The position numbers were made by a program, and so were the translations under genes. The notes beneath the pieces were generated by a model. It was given only the letters and a program-made list of their open reading frames with translations, was not told the origin of the DNA and did no database searches. Positions 1-14,654 of a DNA stretch of 64,000 nucleotides are shown piece by piece. How positions within the stretch are numbered: the stretch's first letter is position 1; each line of letters starts with the position of its first letter. Origin of the DNA: the human T2T-CHM13v2.0 reference genome, Homo sapiens. The stretch lies in assembly GCF_009914755.1 (NCBI RefSeq), contig NC_060929.1; one strand, 5' to 3'.

Positions 1-989
1 AAAATATTAGTTTTGTTGATGTAGTTATCTACAATATGATTACATCATATGTTCCTCCAGGAAAACTCACGTTAGAAAGATGGCAGAATCCTCTTTCTGA
101 CCCTGAGTTCATGCCTCAATGTAGCATAGTGGCCTATTTCATAGCATGCTGGCATTCATCCTGGTACAGGGGACCATCCACCCTTGTCCTCAGATGCACA
201 CAGGCAGGCAGGGAGCCTATACATATTCATAGGTCAATCTCTCCCTGGTGGGACCCAACCCATCTGAGTATCCAGACTCATTTAAATGGAGCAGAATAGT
301 TTCATGAATGGCCAGCAGGAAGGGGGAGAGAAGAACTGGCTGACAACCATGGGAAGGGAGGAAAACCAAGAGCTTTGTTAAAATGAGGACTCAAAGAAAT
401 CAACAAACGTGCAAAAAAACAACAAATAGTTTAGTTTGACTCTGTTAGATGTTGCATGAAATGATGAATGGGAATTAAATCTAGAAATTTAGATCAGAAC
501 CAGATTATAGATGGCATTGATTACCAGGCTAAGGAAACCAAATCTCAAACCACTGATGATTTCCAAGCAGAGAATTGACTTAGAACAATGGAAACGGGAA
601 TGGCAATATTAAATCCTATTATCATGTCATAATCATTTACACTAGGCAGAATACTGCATGGAAAATAAAGATTAGTAAGGCATCATATTTGCCTTCAGGA
701 AGAAAAAAGTCTACATGTATACAACATAAAATAATGAATAAATATCCTCATACTAGAAAGTAGAGAGGATTAACTTCTTAAGGAAGGACAGGAGTGCTAT
801 GGGGGTCATGTCAGTCCTATAAATTCTTTGCTGCTGTATCCTTTTTCTTCCATTAATTGACTCTGACCCTCTATTAATTCAGTCCTACTTCCAGTCTTCA
901 GAAACAAATATGATTTCAAATAAAAATTATTGAACCAACTTTTACCCAATACTCTGAAGCTTAGCAAAAATCACCTTTACCACCCACAT

Positions 990-1240
990 CTAATAATAGC
1001 AAACATCCCTTGAGCATATGCTAGATGGCAGGCATATTTCTAATCATTTCATAAGCCTCGTCTCATCCAATCTTTCCAAAAGCACTACCTGGTAAGTTCT
1101 GTTACCATTTCCTGAGGCTGAGAGATATAAAAGAAGATGCCCAAGGCTACCGAATTTATGTTCCTTGCTCCTAGTCAACACATACACTGCATATGACATA
1201 ATTTGAAAATCAGCCTCTGACCTGGAGTCAAAAGCCCTCA
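990..1240 (-). mobile_element. MIR SINE (degraded)
   Basis: MIR-like segments: taataatagcaaacatcccttgagc, gaggctgagagatataaaaga, atttgaaaatcagcctctgacctggagtcaaagcc. Boundaries approximate. Confidence 0.6.
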
Positions 1241-1544
1241 CATTGTTCCCAGTGTCTGCCTTTTCTTTGAGATCTTGTCCTCACATTGTGCTCACATTTT
1301 CTTACATAGGTTCTGTCTTGTCTTGCCTGCTGTAGTCCCTGTAGCAAGACAGTCAATGTCTCAGAGAAAGACAGCTTCATCAGCCTAGCTCTGGGAACAA
1401 GGGGATGTGGGGTAAAATCAAAGCTGACCTGTAATAGAGGCTCAGAACCAGATTCAGATATCTCTGTCTCCACACTGGTTCTTTCTCAGTCCCTGAGGCA
1501 TATACACTCCTCACAACACCAGTATTTACCTTAAGTGTACTAGA

Positions 1545-2587
1545 TGCAGGCCACATTCCCAGGAAATTGACCCTGAAATGCTTGGATTGGTGCATGGAGA
1601 GCTTATTGGGAAGTCACCTTTGGAAAAAAACCTAAATCCTTTTACCATGTCATAATCATGGGTGAGGAAATGACGGGTGAGGGAAGCGAAACTCGGCAAT
1701 GCAGAAATTGAGTTCTGATGCGCATGTCTTCAGATTACCTAGTTGTGAACCTGGATCTAGAAGGCCCTTTAGAATTCTCCCAGTTGAGACAAGAGGGCAG
1801 GAGATTTGCATGCCCATTCCACTGGCTTGTCATTGGACACAGGCTACCCCATTAGGTAAGGCAGCTTCCTCAGCCAAGGTTAATTCCTGGACAAGGACTT
1901 AACCTTTAACCATCTGAGGCAATACTCCCTGTAGTTGGGGCAATGGTTGATCCATTCTAAAGTGGGTTCTAGACAATACACACCACTATTGACCTTAGCC
2001 CCTCATCGTGATTTCCATCCATCTTGAAAAAGCTTCTGGTTCATCTCTTTTCCTACAAAAACTTAAATAAAGGAAGGTTAGCTGGCCAATCACATCCACT
2101 CCCACTGCAGCTGGTCTTAGGGTCACAATGGGTACTCATCATCTCTCTGCTACTACCCATGCTATATTTCCCAGATCTTTGTCTAAGGACTTGAAGGGCT
2201 TTGGGAACATATCTGATGTTGTGAACCAGACCCTTATTTCCAAGGGCAATGCTTTCCTGTCCACCTTGTCCTTCTCCAGGTGCACGTGATGAAATTTCAG
2301 TGGGTTCCTCAACTTGATATTGTGGAGAGCTCTGGAGCTGGAAATTCCTTGGCTTGCTTCAACTGAGGCAAGGAAGCCATGTCTTTTTACTCCCACATCA
2401 AGTTATTGATTATAGGCTGCCCCCAGGAAGGAGGCATAAAATCAGGCAAAGCACTTTCCTTTAGCTGAGAATAGTTCCTAAAGAAACTTAAACTGTAGGC
2501 AGTCAGCTACAAAACAAGATAGACAAGAAAAGCAGTTGTGAGACTGACTGCCTAATTCCCAAAGCAAAATGTGGTTGGCACACAACA
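1545..2587 (-). mobile_element. Internally deleted ancient ERVL provirus: LTR16-like 3' LTR (~1545-1990), ~320 bp of internal 3' end (~1990-2315), partial 5' LTR (~2320-2587)
   Basis: Two LTR16-like copies share motifs (ggatctagaaggccctttagaattctccc / ggagagctctggagctgg; cattggacacaggctacccc / tattgattataggctgccccc). The intervening minus strand reads cccttggaaataagggtctggttcaca...tgggtagtagcagag...gaccagctgcag, resembling the ERVL 3' internal region also seen at ~55970-56120. Confidence 0.65.
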
Positions 2588-2632
2588 GGGTTCAAGGGGT
2601 TCTGGGTCTGTAAACTGGCTCTAGTCCGAAAA

Positions 2633-4279
2633 TTAATTGAGGGGCTGTGATTCTCTGTTTTTATAATTCAAATTAGTCTTTTGTCCATTCGACCTAGAAG
2701 TTTTCTCCTTATATAAATTAAGTAGGAATGCAGCAGGCTTCCTGTCAATTTCACTTCTAGGAACACCGTTATTAATTAGCCAATGCCAGAGCTCTACATG
2801 AGTCAGACTATTCTGATTGCAGCTTTCCCTCTGCTGGCCATTACAGTAGTAGCTGTGCCCACCTTGCCTTTGACAGTTAAGTGCTGCCACTTGGCCCCTG
2901 CCACCTGGGGATCCAATTATTCCCACTGTATTTAAATTTTGTAGTTTTGTGACTGAGATTCCCACTGTTAGATCTGACATACAAAGAAGAGCAATTACAG
3001 GGCTCTTCAAAGATGCAGGTGCTGCCCTCACAAATCTATTTCACAAGGCATTGGTCAAAGATATCTCTTCTGGACCCTCCCAGCTGGGATGAGTAGGTCT
3101 AAAGTGACTAATCCACTTCACCGTCCCAATCTCCCTCAGCCTTTAGATCTCTTCCTCTACATTAAACCAAGGGAAATCAGGCATTTCCAGCTCACTCACA
3201 GTGGGCCACCTTTTAATCCGTATTTCAGATAACCAAGCAAATAAGCTATTGGAACTTTTTCTAACTTCCCGAGCTGCAACATTAAATGCAGAGTCCATAC
3301 TTAGTGGGCCCAAATCAATAAATTCGACCTGATCCAACTCTATGTTCCTTCCACCATTATCCCATACCCTTAATATCCATTCCCATGCCTGTTCTCCAGA
3401 TTTCTGTTTATATAAATTAGAGAAGTCAAGCAGTTCTTTTCTAGTGTAGCCCACCTCCTCATGGGTCACACTCACAACTTCACCTCTAGGGACCTGCCGG
3501 AACGTTAGTCTAGTTTTAGGTCTAGAAGCCAACAGGGGTGTTGGGGGTGGCTCCTGAGGAGAATCAACATTATTTTGCCTGGCAGCTGCTTCAGAAGAGG
3601 TCATCACTGTTGCCTCAGGCAGCACAGGGTTTATCTCTTCAGACAAACGCAGAATAGTTAATGGCAGCATGGGTGGAGGAGGGGATGTTGCCACTACTGA
3701 GGATGGGGAAGCTGTTCCTTCTGGCAAAAAAGATTCATCAGGGCTTACAAACTCAGTGTCCCCAGCTTCATCAGGGTCCTCCCAGATGTCCCCATTTCAA
3801 GTTGCATGGTCCCATTCTTTTCCAATCAATGTCCTCACTTTAACAGTAGACACCTGGTGAGGTTGTGCATGCACCTGTCATTGCAGGTCAGCCACTCACA
3901 TAAGAGCTTGAGTCTGTTTTTCCATGATTTCTGCTCTTTCTCGACAGGAGATAAGACTTAGGGCAATCATAGCAGATTTGAGGCTTAGTATCTGCTTTTG
4001 AAGCTGGGAGACAGAATCCCTGAGTTCATTATTTTCTTTCATCACTCTCTCCAGTGAACTTGGGAGCAACCAACCAGCTTCATTATGTTCCTTGGTTCTC
4101 CACATATGATCAAAGGTATTATGTATAGAGTCACTAAACTGCTTGCCCCTCATGAGGGGTGAATCAGGAGTATCAAATGCATTTATTTTGCATAACTCTC
4201 TAAAATCATCATGCCAAGGACTATCAGTGTTCTCCATATTATTAGAAATAGAATTTTTAGCATTTTTGGCTCTAATCAT
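2633..4279 (-). pseudogene. gag: HERV-L gag pseudogene, broken into at least 3 ORFs (3896-4279, 3143-3727, 2633-3031)
   Basis: Peptides MIRAKNAKNSISNNMENTDSPWH, EQAWEWILRVWDNGGRNIELDQVEFIDLGPLS and ELWHWLINNGVPRSEIDRKP are typical ERV-L Gag; stops and frameshifts lie between the ORFs. Confidence 0.9.
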
Positions 4280-4348
4280 ATTAAGCAGCCAACTCCAGAA
4301 ACCCTAAAGTCAATGAAAGAACTCCATTTTTCATATTCTGTTCCTCTA

Positions 4349-4366
4349 GAACCACTCCTGATACCA
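4349..4366 (-). promoter_or_regulatory. Primer-binding site, tRNA-Leu type
   Basis: Minus strand TGGTATCAGGAGTGGTTC lies just inside the LTR and resembles the complement of the tRNA-Leu 3' end (TGGTACCAGGAGTGG). Confidence 0.85.
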
Positions 4367-4371
4367 AAATC

Positions 4372-4431
4372 TGTATTAGTCAGGGTTCTCTAGAGGTACA
4401 GAACTAATAGGAGATAGACAGACAGACAGAC

Positions 4432-4463
<32 letters not shown>

Positions 4464-4849
4464 TTCTATCTATCTATAAAGGGGAGTTTATTAAGCATTA
4501 ATTTATATGATCACGAGGTCCCACAATAGGCTGTCTGCAAGGAGAGCCAGCCTGAGTCTCAAAACTGAAGAACGTGGAGTCTGATGTTCTAGAGCAGGAA
4601 GCATCCAGCATAGGAGAAAGATGTAGGCTGGGAGGGTGGGCCAATCTCACCTTTTCATGGTTTTCTGCCTGTTTTATATTCACTAGCAGCTGATTTGATT
4701 GTGCCCACCAGATCAAGGGTGTGTCTGCCTTCTCCAGCCCACTGACTCAAATGTTAATCTCGTTTGGCAACACCCTCACAGACACACCCAGGATTAATAC
4801 TTTGCATCCTTCAATGCAATCAAGTTGACACTCAGTATTAACCATCACA
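4372..4849 (-). mobile_element. MLT2A-type LTR (5' LTR of the truncated HERV-L)
   Basis: Minus-strand termini TGTGATGGTTAATACTGAGTGTCAAC...CCCTGACTAATACA; AATAAA present; internal (GACA)n(GATA)n tract at ~4412-4462. Confidence 0.95.
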
Positions 4850-5539
4850 ATAAGCAAGGAAAAAATATTGGAGGAAAGATCTTCTCAAAATTATAAGACA
4901 TATGAAGACATATATGACTGCTTATTTATAAAGCCATATCACAGTAAAATTTCCCAATTTTAGTCAATAGCTATCTACTTACTGACCACAATGAATAGAA
5001 TATTGTGTATAGACAGGCACCAAAGTGCAGAACACTAAATCTTCGCTTTAACAAGCCTCATTATATGGAAAGAATACATTAATTTATTCAATCAATTTGT
5101 GTTGACTTGTGTTCAAACATCTGTCACTGTATAGACAATTTAGGTGACACAGAACTAAGCACATGACCTCTAAGTTTATGATTAATTGGGATAGTGAGGA
5201 AGATATAAAATGAATTATATTAAATGAGACACAGAAATGGGTAGTACAGAAAATATACCAAAAAAATGTTGAGAGCAATTCATTTCAAATTTGAAGCCAT
5301 TTGTGTCATATTTCACATCTGTTATCGGTACCCATCAGAAACATTTCTAGAAAGAAATTCACAGAGAGCTATGGGATGCAATAACCAACAAAGATGATCA
5401 CATAGGCATATGGGTAAGCAGCTCATGAAGACTGAAATCAATACCAGAACTTGAAGTAAACAGGCTTAGAAAAGAACACGATGGGGGCAATCAGAAAATA
5501 ATGCCCCCTAAGCAAAAAGAAATGATGTTTTTTAATATT

Positions 5540-5582
<43 letters not shown>
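5540..5582. repeat. (TA)n(TG)n(TA)n microsatellite
   Basis: Directly visible. Confidence 0.95.
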
Positions 5583-6320
5583 TTGTTTGCTTTGTCTCTA
5601 TTGATAAATGTTTGGCAGTTTTCAAATGGTTTAAGATACCAACCATCTGAAATATAGGTCACTGACAATAGGTGAGCCAGAAAATCAATATACTACATCT
5701 AAGGAAGAATTGATTTGTTTAAAAGGAAAGAATACAACTCAACCAAAAGTAAATAGAAAATGAATCTTACACTTTACCCCACAGATGAAAATATATAAAC
5801 TCTGAAACCACACACACAAAAACTATTACTAAAAGAATCTCTTGCAAGTTTAAGTCTGAGATATTCTTGTCCAGGGACTGATAATAATGAATTGTTCTGT
5901 ATTTTATTTGCTTTTTCCCTAGTTGTTATACTCCATCTTCACAGGTAGTTATTAATGCAGTAGAGTGCAGATTATATATGTTTCAAATAATGAAGTGTGA
6001 ATTATCAAGGACAAAAATCAATATTTCTATAGAAAATATGCATCTTTATTACATACCTAAAATGGTGCATTTAGCCCTTAAAATGGTAATGATAAGCATG
6101 TGATTTTATTTTCTGTTAATGTTATTGTATTCTTTTTAAAGTCAGTGTTCTTTTGTTTGTTTTATTGAATCTTATTGGAATTTCTTTTATTTAATAGATT
6201 TGGTCTTGTCTGGACAGAATAATCAATAACTTGATTCAAACATTGATCATATTTTAGTTCTTGGGATAAATGAAGAGTTCATGAGTATCCACCATATGTT
6301 TATAATTAAAACTAACATAT

Positions 6321-8802
6321 GTGGCTAGCCAGTTTTCCCAGCACCATTACCATTTACAAAGAATAGGAGATCCTTTCCTCATTGCTTGTTTTTGTCAGGT
6401 TTGTTGAAATCAGATGGTTGTAGATGCACAGTGTTATTTCTGAGGTCTGTGTTCTGCTCCATTGGTCTATATGTCTGTTTTGGTACCAGTACCATGCTGT
6501 TTTGGTTATTGTTCCCTTGTAGTATAGTTTGAAGCCAGGTAGCATGATGCCTCCAGGTTTGTTCTTTTTGCTTAGGATTGTCTTGTCTATACAGGGTCTT
6601 ATTTGATTCCATATGAAATTTAAAATAGGTTTTTTCTAATTCTATGAAGAATGTCAATGGTAGTTGGATGAGAGTAGCAACGAATCTATAAATTACTTTG
6701 GACAGTATGGCCATTTTCATATTGATTCTTCCTATCCATGAGGATGGAATGTTTTTCCATTTGTTTGTGTCCTCTCTTATTTCCTTGAGCAGTGGTTTGT
6801 AGTTCTCCTTGAAGAGGTCCTTCACATGCCTTGTTACCTGTATTTCCAGGTATTTTATTCTCTTTGTAGAGATTGTGAATGGGAGTTCATTCATGATTTG
6901 ACTCTCTGCTTGCCTGTTATTGGTATAAAGGAATGCTTGTGATTTTTGCACATTGATTTCGTATCCTGAGACTTTGCTGAAGTTGCTTATCAGTTGAAGA
7001 AGTTTTGGGGCTGAGATGATGACATTTTCCAAATATAAAATCAAGTCATCTGCAAACAGAGACAACTTTACTTCCTCTCTTCCTATTTGAATACGCTTTA
7101 TTTCTTTCTCTTGCCTGATTGCCCTGGCCAGAACTTCCAATACTATGTTGAATAGGAGTGGTGGTCCTTGTCTTGTACTGGTTTTCAAAGGGAATGCTTT
7201 CAGCTTTTTCCCATTCAATATGATATTGGCTGTGCATTTGTCATAAATAGCTCTTATTATTTTGAGATATGTTTCATCAATACCTAGTTTATTGAGAGTT
7301 TTTAACATGAAAGGATGTTTAATTTTATCAAAGGCTTTTCTGAATCTATTGAGATAATCATGAGTTTTTGTCTTTGTTTCTGTTTATGTGATGAATTACG
7401 TTTATTGATTTGTATATGTTGAACCAGCCTTGCACCCAAGGGTTGAAGCCAACTTGATCGTGCTGGATAAGTTTTTTGATGTGCTGCTGTTCTCGATTTC
7501 CCAGTATTTTATTAAGGATTTCCGCATTGATGTTCATCAGGGATATTGGCCTGAAATTTTCTTTTTTTGTTGTGTCTCTTCCTGGTTTTGTATCACGATG
7601 ATACTGGCTTCATAAAATGAATTAAAACTGGACATCTTCCTTAAACCTTATACAAAAATTAAATCAAGATGGACTAAAGACTTAAATGTAAAATGAAAAG
7701 CCATAAAAACTGCAAAAGAAAACCTAGGCAATACCATTCAGCACATAGGAATGGGCAAAGACTTCATGACAAAAACACCAAAAGCAATTGCAACAAAAGC
7801 CAAAATTGACTAATGAGATCTAATCAAACTAAAGAGCTTCTGCACAGCAAAAGAAACTACCATCAGAGTGAACAGGCAACCTTCAGAATAAGAGATAATT
7901 TTTGCAATCTACCCATCTGACAAAGGTCTACTAATGTCCAGAATTTACGAGGAACTTAAACAAATTTACAAGAAGAAAAAAGAAGCCCCATCAAAAAGTG
8001 GGCAGAGGATATAAACAGACACTCCAAAAAGAAGTCATTTATGCAGCCAACAAACATATGAAAAAAAGCTCACCATCACTAATCATCAGAGAAATGCAAA
8101 TCAAAACCACAATGAGATATCATCTCACGCCAGTCAGAAAGGTGATTATCAAAAAGTCAGGAACCAATAGATGCTGGTGAGGCTGTGGAGAAATAGGAAC
8201 ACTTTTACACTGTTGGTGGAAATGTAAATTAGTTCAGCCATTGTGGAATACAGGATGGTGATTCCTCACGGATCTAGAACCAGAAGTACCATTTGACCCA
8301 GCAATCTCATTACTGGATATATACTCAAACGAATATAAAGTATTCTACTATAAAGACACATGCACACCCATTTTACTGAAGCACTGTTTACAAGATCAAA
8401 GACATGGAATCAACCCAAATGCCCATCAATGATAGACTGGATAAAGAAAATATAGTAAATATACACTATGGAATACTATGCAGTCCTAAGAAGGAATGAG
8501 ATCATGTCCTTTGCAGGCACATGGATGAAGCTGGAAGCCATCATCCTCAGCAAACTAACACAGGAACAAAAAACCAAACACCACATGTTCTCACTTTTAA
8601 GTGAGAGCTGAGCATTGAGAACACATGGACACAGAAAGGGGAACAACACACACCAGGTCCTGTTGGGGGGTGAGCGGTGAGGGGAGGAAACTTAGAGAAT
8701 GGGTCAATAGGTGCAGCAAACCACCATGTCACATGTATTCCTATGTAACAAACCTGCACATTTTCCATATGTATCCCTTTTTTTTGGAAGAAATAAAAAA
8801 AA
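6321..8802 (+). mobile_element. 5'-truncated, 5'-inverted L1PA (L1PA8A/L1PA10-like): inverted part ~6321-7622, sense part ~7620-8802 with 3' UTR and A tail
   Basis: ORF2 on the minus strand, then the ORF2 C-terminus and 3' UTR on the plus strand ending gtatcccttttttttggaagaaataaaaaaaa. TSD aaaactaacatat (6308-6320) / aaaaccaacatat (8799-8811). Confidence 0.95.
6379..7308 (-). pseudogene. L1 ORF2 reverse-transcriptase fragment
   Basis: [10 protein letters not shown]..., [11 protein letters not shown] (RT FADD motif), [12 protein letters not shown]; frameshifted downstream; endonuclease domain absent. Confidence 0.9.
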
Positions 8803-8907
8803 CCAACATATATATTAATTATACTTATATTTAAACCAACATATATATTAATTATAAACATACACTATAAATATGTTTATATATAATATGTATTGTTTCA
8901 TTGTAAA

Positions 8908-8909
<2 letters not shown>

Positions 8910-8951
<42 letters not shown>
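8910..8951. repeat. (TA)n(CA)n microsatellite
   Basis: Directly visible. Confidence 0.95.
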
Positions 8952-8952
<1 letters not shown>

Positions 8953-10486
8953 CTTTTCTGATGTAAAAATATTGGAAAACATAATTCAAATGAGTAAGTT
9001 TAAAAGCAACAAAGAAACGTGAGTTGAACTGAGTCTACTATTACTTTTGTCTTCCGACCAAGTATACCCATATCCAAAGTTTTCTAGTTACATTTTTCTC
9101 TTCTAATTTATTGAAGCATCCAGAGATTCTATCATACCTTCAACCTTGAGAAGAAATATCTGAGCAGCTAGCCTAGATGTAAAATACAACAGGGTGCAAA
9201 CTGTACTCTTCACTGGGAGTACCTCAATTCTGGAGAAAATTTTTAAATGTATTTGTAAAAGTGTTTATGCGAGGTTAAATGCTAAGGAAGAAAAGCAGTT
9301 AGCATTAAAATCACTCAGCTCATGTTTGATATTTCTGTAATAAAGGATGATTATCCTTGACTTTAGATTACGTATCATGATTATAACTTTCATAATATAA
9401 CTATTCACAAAATTCTCCAAATTAGCCAGGCTTCTCAAACAAATCTAAAATTTGAATCTATATTGCCTTCTCTTGCTTGAATGTCCTGATTACAATCAGC
9501 AAATCTCAAATACTTTCCTCAGTTCTAAGTTGAATGCTACATACATTTTATACTAATTATGACTTTAAAATTTAACTATAATTCAAGAGACAACTAAAGA
9601 AAAACAAAGCAGCACTTTTGTGAATGTCTCATTAATTTTAATTAAATTTTTAAATTTACCCTTCCATCCTACATTTATAGCAAAATTACAAAGCTTAAAG
9701 CTTTTAAGCCCTGTCTACTTGAGTAAGTGAGAGTTAGCCTTGTTCTATGATGATACTTGGTTGAATTCTGGGAGCATGGAGGGTGGGGAATTGACTGTTT
9801 TCCAGAAAACACTGATGTCCCTATTTCTTTCATAGTAAGTTCTCTTCCAGAAGTTTTCTACAACTGAGGTGACAGTTGCCTAAGGATACAGCAGGTCTTC
9901 CCTTTATATCATAAGTCTTTCACTCATGGAGCATGTAGTTATGGTGGATGCAAGAGTGGGCTACTAGTAGGTAGGGCTAGGCCAGGAATGGTCAAGTTCA
10001 GTGGCCCTCTGTAACTTCTACTGCCTTCTATGAATTCTCAGTTCTACTCACAGTTTCTACCACTTCCAGTAACTTGGTAGCTTTTTCTCTGAATCATTGT
10101 CTCTACAAAACCTTAGCTCATTGTTAACCAATGTTAGGCAAGAATTTACTAAATATTCACTCGTCAATACCTCCATGAAATCTTTAACAAACTAACCTTA
10201 AATCCTGATTACTCCTTGCCATAGTAATGTCTAACAGAAATTTGAAAGTAGTCTTCACCAAGCAAAGTTTTCATTATCTCAAGCCCATGCTATCTAAAAT
10301 CTAGCTGTATGTGAAGATGAAGACTAAATATCATAAGTTAAGAACATCCAGTAGTAGAAATAACAAGAAAAGAAAATGAAAGAAATCAAATTAAGGTGCA
10401 ACACAATCTATGTAATTTGACTATAATTTGACTATGTGTGTGTGTGTATATATATACACATACATACATCCTCATGAAAAACATAA

Positions 10487-10811
<325 letters not shown>

Positions 10812-10959
10812 CAGAACATGATTTTTTAAATTAGTATTCTTATTATTTAAACTCATGTGAAATTCAGGTAAATTTTATGTAACTAAAACTAGAAGTCTGA
10901 ATGTTTTGTGAAGCATGGAATGAATTATTAGGCAAATAACAAAAGCTGGAGAAACTCAG

Positions 10960-11700
<741 letters not shown>

Positions 11701-11849
11701 TGTTGCTTAAGTGAATCTTTGAATTACACTGCTGAATTTTCTTATTACTCTTGTACAAAATATACAGACTGATAAATGATAAATAGATGGATAGACAGAC
11801 AAATAGTCTGATAGAAAATAGATGCATAATGTATCAACACTATAAAGGG

Positions 11850-12075
11850 AATAGTGTGTGAGTTCGAACAGCCTGGCTTTAATTCCCTGTTCCATTACTT
11901 AATATTTGTGCAACCTCGAATGAATTCGTTTATCGCTCTGTGCTTTAGTTTCCTGTATTTAAAATGCATTTTCTTAAAAATAAATTAAAAATGCATCTTA
12001 TGACAGTTATTATTCAGTTATTTTAAGGCTCATAAGAATGAATACATACAACACTAAAACTTAGTAAGCATTAAA
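11850..12075 (+). mobile_element. MIR SINE
   Basis: Core-like cagcctggctttaattcc...tgtgcaacctcg...ctctgtgctttagtttcctgtatttaaaatg. Confidence 0.65.
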
Positions 12076-13046
12076 CCAAAGGCAACAGTAGCACACTGAG
12101 TCTTAATTTTTCTCTGATGACATACAATGTAAGATAATAGAAGTGCACATTTAAATAAAACACACATTTGAATTAGAATATTCAGAATCAATCATTGGGC
12201 TCCTACAGAAAGAGATGAATAGTTAAAATTTCTCTAATACTTTAGCCTTGTCATCAATTTCATATTTTTTTCTTTTCGCTCTGTTCCTATGGCTCTTCTG
12301 ATGACATTAAACCATCTTCCCCTCTCTGCCCCGATATCATTCTTCCCCTTTTCTCAGGACCCTGGAGGATTAGCTTGAGCTTGTCAAGGAAGGTTTCCAA
12401 AACATATAGTTTTAAAATATGCTAAATATAGATGTTTAAGATAATCCAGTAGCCTTTTTTTCTCTACATTTCATTGTTCTTAGCTTAGAGCTATCTTTTA
12501 GCTTAAGCTCTCTGTTAGGGAATGAGGAGAGTCAAAGAACAACTACTTGTCTGCATCTGAGATCTGAAGCATCTTGAATAACTCAAAAGGGAAATGGAGT
12601 TGAAAAACCAGAGTACCTCTTTTATTAATGATAAACAGGCATCAAAAGAACCTAGAATAGAGAGAGTTACTCAAGCATCACTGGGCCTCTTGGGGCTGAC
12701 ACTAAATTTAAAGTAAAAAACGATAGAGATGGACACATGCTCTATGAGTAGTATTTATGAGGGTGGGACCTGAGTTCTCTATGCTCAGTTTCTTCTTGCA
12801 CACGCCTCATCAGATTACGACCTTCCTCATTCCCCAGGGAGCCATGACTTAGGAAGTGAACAGGAGACTACAACGCCGTGTGAGCTGTCCTCCCTGACTA
12901 GAGGAATGCCATGCTAGCTGTCCTGTCTGAAAACCTACCAGTTGCAAGGAAACGTTACAAGAGGAGACAAAGCCTTCACCCTCAATGCTGGTTCAAGTTG
13001 TACCTCTCTTACTTGATATTAAGGGCCCTAAATATTTCCTAAATGA

Positions 13047-13372
<326 letters not shown>

Positions 13373-13453
13373 TGAATAACATATTTCTAATTCATTGTTT
13401 TCTTCTTGGCTGTGGTAGGTATAATCGATGCAAAATAATTAATTAAGATTATT

Positions 13454-13752
<299 letters not shown>

Positions 13753-14282
13753 CTAATAATGTATAATATTTACAACCTTAACTCAATAAATTCATCAGCC
13801 CAATTTGCCAGAAATATTTGATAAAAACACTAATATTCCTGGGAATAGACCATTTAAAACAATTATAAGGAGGTTTTATGAACAGTGATATAAGGTTGTT
13901 TCACTGTAGCATACATACCAGCAAATCAAATTAATGAATATTTATCAAAGTATTATATTCTATAAAATATAGTGCTAGTGTTATAAGGAATAAAAAAATG
14001 ATGTGACAAAAGTCATAAATACTTGCGATGTTTGATTTTTTTTCAAAATCACTAATGCAAATTTAGTTGGGGATATAAAGACCAAACACAAAAATGTAAG
14101 TGGCAATGCCAGAAATGTATACCTTATCAACAAGGCTATGAAACTGTTACTAAACAAAATCTTATTAATTTTCAAAATAGAATTTATAACACTAGCTGTG
14201 CATACAATGCAGGGAGAGATCTCATTGAAATGCTAAAGCTACCTAGAAGAAGGGATCAAGGTTATGAAGGAAGAAACAAAAG

Positions 14283-14348
14283 AGTAAAAAGGAAAGAAGG
14301 AAAGAAGGAAGGAAAGAAGGAAGGGAGGAAGGGATGGAGGGAGAAAGG
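14283..14348. repeat. (GGAA)n-like polypurine tract
   Basis: Directly visible. Confidence 0.85.
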
Positions 14349-14654
14349 GTTAAGCAGTTCACATTTTAAAAAAGAAATATGACATTTTAAAATTGGGAAA
14401 AAAGTAGTAAGAAGACCATTTTGACAGGCACTAAAGATTAAAGCCTGAACAAATAAAGATGTCAAAGTGAATATAGTTCAAAAGCCATGCTAAGGATCTG
14501 GACTTATGAACAATGAGGATTAAGATAAATTTTTCTGTTATTGTGTTGCCCAAACCACAAAAGTGGCCATGCTGACTATACTAGCTGTTGTTCCTTCATG
14601 TATTATGTCTAGTCATTTGTTTTCTTCTAGGAAAGGTATATTGAAATATCCAGT

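Larger units (their letters stand above)
2588..4371 (-). mobile_element. HERV-L internal region, leader + gag, truncated before pro/pol
   Basis: Colinear and similar to 50873-52610 in the opposite orientation; carries ERVL gag peptides. Confidence 0.95.

Noticed and set aside
2633-4279. Domesticated ERV-L gag (Fv1-like restriction factor)
   Set aside because: It is fragmented by stops and frameshifts into at least three ORFs; the second gag copy is equally broken.
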